A stretch of 64,000 nt of DNA, from NCBI GenBank assembly GCA_964016885.1, contig OZ024740.1, forward strand, positions 411,990,001-412,054,000. The letters are read 5' to 3'. The notes under the pieces were generated by a model. The model ran no database searches. It saw nothing but the letters and a program-made list of their open reading frames with translations, and was not told where the DNA came from. Both the position numbers and the translations under genes were made by a program. The stretch is from Eledone cirrhosa (Eukaryota). How positions within the stretch are numbered: the stretch's first letter is position 1; the number at the start of each line of letters is the position of its first letter. Positions 56,150-64,000 of the stretch are shown here, piece after piece.

Positions 56150-56870
56150 AGTTTAAACCCTGGTGTATTCTGGTTTCTTCGTTGGTAAATACTATCTCTT
56201 TGATCTTATATAGATGGTTTGGAGCGTTTTAGTATTCCGAATTTATATTTTATTGATTGTACTCAGCCTGCTATTTCCCGTACACGTTTTGACAAGTTAA
56301 TTGAAGGTGTCTGAAAGATAAAACTTGCAAGTTAATCCTTGCTTAAATTTACTTTCTAACAGACCCACATATATCTTTTTACCCGTTGCTTGTTTAGAAC
56401 CTCTAAGCATAAATTCTGTTTCATACTCAAACAACCTATTGTTGCAAGCCTGTTTCAGTGAACATTCACCATATTCCCTGCCTGAGCATCCGGTTTCTAC
56501 ATTGGACATATGTCTAATGGTTACCATTTACTTAATGGAAGGAGTGCATGAATAACTAATTTTGGTGGATTGCGTTCTGAAGAGCTTATTAAACCAGTGC
56601 ATTGCGGGGGATGTTTGTCTTAAGTCAAGTAAGTTTTTACCTATGTTAGTTTTTACATTTAGAAAGAAAATAAATGTCGACCAGATAATTTGTTTGGATC
56701 TGTTCGTCGATTAATCTTAAGGGGAGCTGTTGCGATTTTATATTTGGATCTGTCTTCCATGATCGCTCTGTAATAATAGGCTGATGGATTATTTAAATAG
56801 GCTGATCATTTCTTATCGATGATTTATTTAAAGGAGTGGAGATTACATATTCTACGTCTAACGTTAAGGA
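56150..56870 (-). pseudogene. Old PLE RT-C-terminus/GIY-YIG remnant
   Basis: Minus strand RSKQIIWS...NVKTNIGKK...DKH...KISYSCTPSI, then C.G....CSLKQAC...KIYVGLLESKFKQ. Confidence 0.7.
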
Positions 56871-59800
56871 TTAGCACTTTTGAAAACTACAGGTTGGAGA
56901 GATGAAACTATGACTATTTTTTCCTGGTGAGTGACCTATCAAAAGGCTTTTCTTATACATCTGATACACATTAACACTGAATATGGTTATGAGGATGATG
57001 ATGATGATGAAGACGAGAACAACAGTGGTGGTGACGACGTAAATGAAAACGATGATGATTAGGAGTATTGCAATAACGTTTATCATATTGTCTTCATGGA
57101 GATGTTAATCATAGAGTTTGTGCTTCTGAGATCAAGGTGTCAAACTATTATGTATGCAGGGAATGCACTCACGAGTATTCATATGTTAGCGTGTTTGTGT
57201 TGCAATAAGCAGGGAAATGATCATTTTAGGTTAATTCTTCTGTTAACTGTTTCATAATTTTTTGATAATATTTTGATAATTTTATCTTAATTTTATAAAT
57301 CTTCTAGAATTTAACGATATTGACAAATGGAATCTCTAGTGGTAAAATAATTATAGGTGGGTAATTGACAAATCATATTTTAAAAATGTTTCCACTGTCA
57401 TTTCGATATTTCTAGTGATTGAGATATGAATCGTGTTAGAGATTGCGACACTCGCGGGGTGATTTGGAGAAAATAGCTACAGATGCGTTAGAGGAATTCC
57501 CTATATTGTTGCTAATGTTGTTAATGTATCGACGTTTTATGATAGCGAGAGTAATTGCTGTTTACTTTATTTTGCTTTAATCAAAATTTAATTTAATGGA
57601 ATCTGTTTTTTCATGTGATGTAATGTCTTATCAATTGATTTAAAAGCTAATTAGTCAAGGTTAACAAGTCGATATAATTGATGAGAGATATAGGTATTTT
57701 CTAAATACTAAATAGATCACACGTAAATGGTGCAATATTTTATTTTAAACATGACGAGCTAATGTTCTGAGATACCTTCTAATTATACGAGAATTCCAAA
57801 GGAAAATTCATGTTTTCAACACTGAATTCAAATTGAAAAATGTGTAAAATCTATTTAGCTTTTAAAATAAGCCCAAACAGTCGCGTACATACTGGTACTA
57901 TATCTCCAAAATGTCGGTGTTCTTCTGCATCTTTTATCACTCATCAGTCATTTTATTTCTCGTTCTAACTTACAATGAAGAACTAGAGTTTGAAACGTTA
58001 AGATGCATTTTCTACTGTATCAAGTGTTAAACTAATATAAATATTTACGCTGTCGTATGCTGTGTTATTTTCCGTTTACTTTTATCAAATATATATGTGT
58101 GCTGGAATTGCTGCACGTGTGTTCACATTGGAATAACGATTTAAAAGAAGAGAGGAGGATTTAATCTATTACTTCATTTTCCACTCAAATCTCGAAACTC
58201 TAAACCCCATAAAATATTAACCTCGTCAGCAATAAATTATATATTAAAAATGTACCTATCGTAACAAAATGTGCTTCGTTTTCTAATGGCATATCGAAAG
58301 AAAAAGTATGTTCTACATAACTACAGGGAAATGTCTTTTTGTTTGTAAAATTTTGAAAACCAATTCCATTAAATGAGAAATATAATTTCCAGTATAACAT
58401 CCGTAATCAACATTGTATGTTTATTTGTAAACATATAACCACATTTCGATGCAAATAAGAATTATATTTATCAAAAGCATGTGTTGAGATTTCCTGTTAT
58501 TTAACATATCTTTCATTTCCTCCAAATAAGCCACATTTTTGGTAACTTTGGTTTACATTTTCCCAATGGATATTTAAATAATATCCTCTCCTCCTCTCTT
58601 ACCTCATTTCTCTCTCTCAACACACACGCACGAAATCCTGCAAACACACAGACAAGCTTGAGCTTGCACACAGATATACATACACATGCACACATTAACG
58701 CTATAGACATACATACAAACATACATACATAGATACATAAATACACTCATAAACACACACACACACACCCATACATACACCCCCCCCCCATACACACAGC
58801 ATTAACAATTCTTCATATCGGTCGAATTCTGTTCTATGGTATTCCCTTCATTGCAGCCAACTGGTTTTATCTTGCCCTATTTAGAAATGCTTTCGGAGTG
58901 CAAAATCCAAGGACTGGCAAAGGTAGTTACTTCGGGAGTTACATTCTAAACGCCACGTTGAAGTTTGTGAGCAGAAGTATCTTGTGTCGAAATGAATTTC
59001 TGAGATGCGATGTTGTCCAAGGAGAGGCTGAAATTATGACTGTATCTGTTGACTGCGGTGTTATTAAAATTTCTTGATATATTTGTGAAGCGTTATCTTA
59101 GAATGTTATATATAAAGGCAAAATAGAGAGATGTTGAGTGATGTTGATTAAGTGAGCGAGAACGTGTCAGAAAGAGAAAACGGGTTGTTTAATAGTGTCC
59201 AAAAAGGGAAAGCTATATAGCGTTATTGACACATGAGATACAACAATTAAGCTAAGTTAAGTGGTACAGGGACAAAGCATAAAGCCTAAACGAATTGGAC
59301 GTCTGTAGCTGTCAATGATTATGGACAGCTCCAATTAGCGAAGTACGGTAAAAAAAACGTTTCTTTAATGTGGGATAAATTCCCATTAGTATTTGGCCTT
59401 CGCAGAAGGATAATTTATTTACTCATCATGATGGAAATATCTTTGAACTTCTGCATGAAATGTAAACGGATATTTTTGCACTTTGAATAATTTAGAAATT
59501 GTAGGATCAGGACATATATGTGTAGGATCAGGACATATATGTGACATATACGTAGATTCACGTTCGGTATGGATGCATGGTACCATGCTTTCAGGAAAAA
59601 CATTTTTTATGAAATGTATTTTGTTTAAACGAGATCGTCAAATTATATTCCATGGACCTAATAAAAACTGGAAATCAATACCATAACGAAATATTTTCTA
59701 CAATCGTACGAGGGAATGATTGTATTCGTCACTGGTTTATCTAACTATTTCGGAGACCCTTTGCTCCCCTTTGGTAATAATTTGCTCCACTATTTGCCAT

Positions 59801-60358
59801 GTATCAAACATAATTATAACGTGATTATTTAAGCTCACTAATCTGGCAATAACATTTGTACTTTTGTTGTTGTTTTTTATACATATTTTTACAAAATATA
59901 TATCCAAGTAATGAAAGGAGGCTACGAAATGGGAATTATTAGTGGAAGCTATATGATATAATGATATAATCAAAATAATGATTTAGTATTTTATCTTGGT
60001 TTCCTATTTTAATATATACTCGTGTAGTCTTTGGGGGCCTAGAATACTTTGAAATTGATTATTATGAGATTGTGAGCACACATAGTCGAGCACTGAAAAT
60101 ATATAAGAATAACTGTGTCTTTGGTATGACACCATTAGATAAGATAACTTGTTTTAATTAACAGATCACTCCACTTGTGATTATGATTAATAAATGAATT
60201 TAGAATTAATAAGAATAAATTTGTAATGAAGGGAATCTATAACTGTATGCATATGTACAATACACACACGAATACACACAATCATACAAACACACATACA
60301 CACACTGTGTGTCGCACACACAAACACACACACACAGATATATATATATGTGTGTGTC

Positions 60359-60394
<36 letters not shown>

Positions 60395-60723
60395 ATGTAG
60401 AACATGAATAAAAGAGAGGAGAAATTTCTACAGGGCGATAGATATATCAAAATAACTATTTGTTTGTGCGCATAAGCAAACAATATTTAGCTGATATAAA
60501 AGTTGTTTAAAAGTAGGCGATACCTTCACCAGAGGCATCATAACACAGATATAATGACGAATTGTGGTTTTGATTAAATTTCAGACATGATTCCGCTTCA
60601 AACAAATAAACATTGTGATTTAGTACAGGAACAAAATATCTATAAAATCCGTGCAAAATCGTTTACGTTACTAATTACACTCAACGGGAAAATATTTCCA
60701 TAATTATTAACGAATATTTTATT

Positions 60724-60762
<39 letters not shown>

Positions 60763-60909
60763 ACCGTTAAAAGAGATAGAAGGCTAAACAATGCAAAATG
60801 GACTGTAAGTCCATATTTTGCATTGTTTAACTTTGTATCTCTTTCAGCGTTATATATTATATACAAAGTTTCAAGCAAACTATACAATGTTATTATTATT
60901 CTTATTTTT

Positions 60910-61007
<98 letters not shown>

Positions 61008-61189
61008 TGTATGTGTGTGTGTGTGTACGTGCGCGTGTGTGTGTTTGTGTGTGTGTGTTTGTGTGTGTGTGTGTGCGTGTGTGTGTGTGTGTGTGTGCGT
61101 GTGTGTGTGTGTGTGTGCGTGTGTGTGTGTGTGTGCGAAGAAAGAAAAATAATTGAGTTAGTGCGCAGCTTTGTGTATCTCTGAAGTAC

Positions 61190-62340
61190 ATTTAGTCGAG
61201 ATGGTACTTTCGATGCTGAAATAGATCACAGCAGTGCGAAAGCGAGTCTGGTCAAATCGGGGTATCAAGGGGAACACAAAGCTCTCTGTGTATAACACTG
61301 TTATACAAACCTGCTCTCCGAAACCTGGACAACTTACATCCATCATATCAAGTAGTTGCAAAGATATGAACGGACGTGTATACGACGCAACCTGTACATC
61401 AAGAGGTCCTCATACACATCCGATGCTGAGCTACTTGAGGATGCGGGTAGCACTAGTATTGAGAGGAAGTTTTTCCATGGACCAGCTGCGTTGGGCTGTT
61501 CATGTGGTCAGAATGGAAGATCAAAGGCTGCCTAAAGAGTTATTTTTTGTGAAACTGACCAGAGGAAAAAGGCTGCAGCATAAACCAAATATGCGGTTTA
61601 ATGATGTCACAAAAGACAAACTTAATGCTCTGAAGATTAATATGGAGAACTGGGATAGACGGGCTGTGGGCCGTACATCTGGGATAATGATAATCTAATA
61701 CGGATGTGATGTCTATGAGAAAAAGCGAGTGGATGATGCTGTTTTGAAGCGTTCGCTTCGAAGGCAGAACTCAAGTGCAGTGCTTGCAAAGGTCCAGCAG
61801 GAATTGAGGTGCAATATATGTGGCTGATCTCTTCTAACAAGAGCTGGTTTTGTTAACCATCTGAAATTACACGAATCAAGGAGAAATGGAGCTTATTTTA
61901 AGATGGTTCTACTGCCACATACTTCACAATACATTGAAGTGAGTGTAGAGTAATTTTCAAATCAGTGGGTCGACTGACCAGACATAGTAAAATGCATGAA
62001 GAGACACCCGCAGCCTGTTTTGTATGTAATTTTTGTATGGATTGATACGCCCTAGTCTTCATTAAGATATCTCTATAGGAGAAGTTCACTCTGATATAAA
62101 ACCTGCGACTTCGTTTCCATCGGATGATGTAGACCCGTTCTACCTTTTGGTAAATGTTCAGAGAGTGGGATTGGCTCTGTGCAAGGCCTTTCCTCACTTA
62201 AAAAAAGCTTCAAGCCCAGGCATTGCTTTTATGTGACATGTTTTGCGATGGATGCCTTTGATAGATATAGGCAGCTCCTAGCAGGACTAAAATGCCACGT
62301 TATGATGTTCATGCTTAAATATAAAGCGATGGCATTACTC
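61190..62340 (+). pseudogene. RTE-clade LINE 3' remnant with C-terminal C2H2 zinc fingers
   Basis: KRVWSNRGIKGNTKLSVY, QLRWAVHVVRMEDQRLPK, GKR...KP..RF.D; then CNICG*SLLTRAGFVNHLKLH and *SECRVIFKSVGRLTRHSKMH. Confidence 0.75.
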
Positions 62341-63305
62341 GAAATCGAGTTGCAGCCATCATGTATGTATATATGTATGTATGTGTGTATATCGGTCGTC
62401 GTAAAATATTAAGTTTGGTTAAATTATGGTTCGCTGTGAAAAAATATTAAGAATGCATATGAGAAATATTAAATGACTACCCACTCCACGTCTGTATTTC
62501 ATAATTAATTTTAATGTCAAAGTGGCTCGAAAATACTTACTTCTCACGCTTATTAGTTTCCTCCACACTACTGTAATAATTGTAATAACCATTGTTTGAC
62601 GACTAATTTATATATTCCCATAATGATGCAACTATGTGTTTTTCCTGCTGTAGGAATTATTTGGTAACTCCGGATCACTATGGTTTCGATATTTACTATG
62701 TCAATTCGAACTAAATATATAATAAGGGGACTTTACATCAAAATACTCTGTGATGTAACTATGAACATCAAAACATACGTTGCTATGATGAGGCCATTTC
62801 TCTACTCACAAATCAGTTTCATGTAAAGTAAGAGTTAATTAAATTTTCCGAATATATTTCAGCTACAAGGTCCATTTAGTCTTACGTTAAGGTACTGTGA
62901 ACATATGATTTATTAAGTCACTAGAATGCCATATATCATAGTATCCCATTTGCAGTTTGATAATTGAAACAAACTACGATATTAATATAACAATACGATA
63001 TGGAGATTTTGCTTAGAATCTCTTTTGAGAGAGGAAACAATGTTTATATAATACATTAAATGTCAGTATTTATTTGTCTTACGTTGATCGAACTAAACAA
63101 CACTGGTACGATTATTAAAGGTCAACATCATAAACTTGAATTTAGTAATATGTAATACATCGCTTTAATATGTAATTAATATGTATTAAGTAATTATATT
63201 CTCAGTGAATGAACAGATTACTCGTGATAAGGTTGTTTCTGTATCTGTGTTTCTGCGTGTATGTGTGCAACGATTCCAAATGCATATATATATACATACA
63301 TAAAT

Positions 63306-63402
<97 letters not shown>

Positions 63403-63469
63403 CATATATATACATATATTTGTATATATATACTGTATATACATATATATGCATATATATGCATATATA

Positions 63470-63506
<37 letters not shown>

Positions 63507-64000
63507 GAATATGTAGCTCGTATTCTATACATTGTATGTATGAAGAGTGTATGTTATTCATGTAATACAGCTGGTAATTGCTCGGCTGTACGTTGTCTAC
63601 GCGTACGTATTGCGCATGTCAACGACTAGTGATGCCTTATACACAAAGCGGTTGCCATGCCAAACATACACGTAAGCTGTTTGTCAATAACCACCAGTTA
63701 CATGCCCAGAAATAAACTACAATTTGTTGTTGTTATGTAAGATGTTTTACTGTTTCTCTTTATTTTCCATTTTTCGCTGCACATTACTCGTTCTCGTATA
63801 TTCTGTTTGTTGTTATTTCACTTCTTTAGTAATTTCTTTTATTGAAAACGCTGTAAATAATTCATAAAATGAAGCTTATAATTTAGATTGTGACACGTTT
63901 ATCATTAGTATGAACATTATACAAATTTATCCTCCAACAGGGTAGATCACGGAGTTGAATGTTCATTTACATATTACATATCATTTAATTTGAAACACTT

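Overview
AT-rich, microsatellite-saturated eukaryotic DNA, most likely octopus/cephalopod (inferred from the tRNA-SINE families; no database check possible). I found no host protein-coding gene, although small exons in the unique stretches cannot be excluded. The centrepiece (13.6-32.9 kb) is a ~19 kb head-to-tail, all plus-strand array of five R4/Dong-clade non-LTR retrotransposons (RT plus restriction-like endonuclease). Each ends in a (TAA)n tract. Four belong to one family (A) and one to a divergent family (B), yet both families are preceded by related C/A-rich leader modules. The flanks hold many Penelope-like element (PLE) 3' fragments in (TA)n tracts, often as fold-backs, carrying at least six distinct hammerhead ribozyme (HHR) motifs. 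Also present are two GIY-YIG PLE ORF remnants, an RTE remnant with C2H2 fingers, a non-autonomous Helitron and several SINEs. Most short ORFs in the track are microsatellite or antisense artefacts. All alignments and RNA folds were done by eye, so boundaries are approximate.
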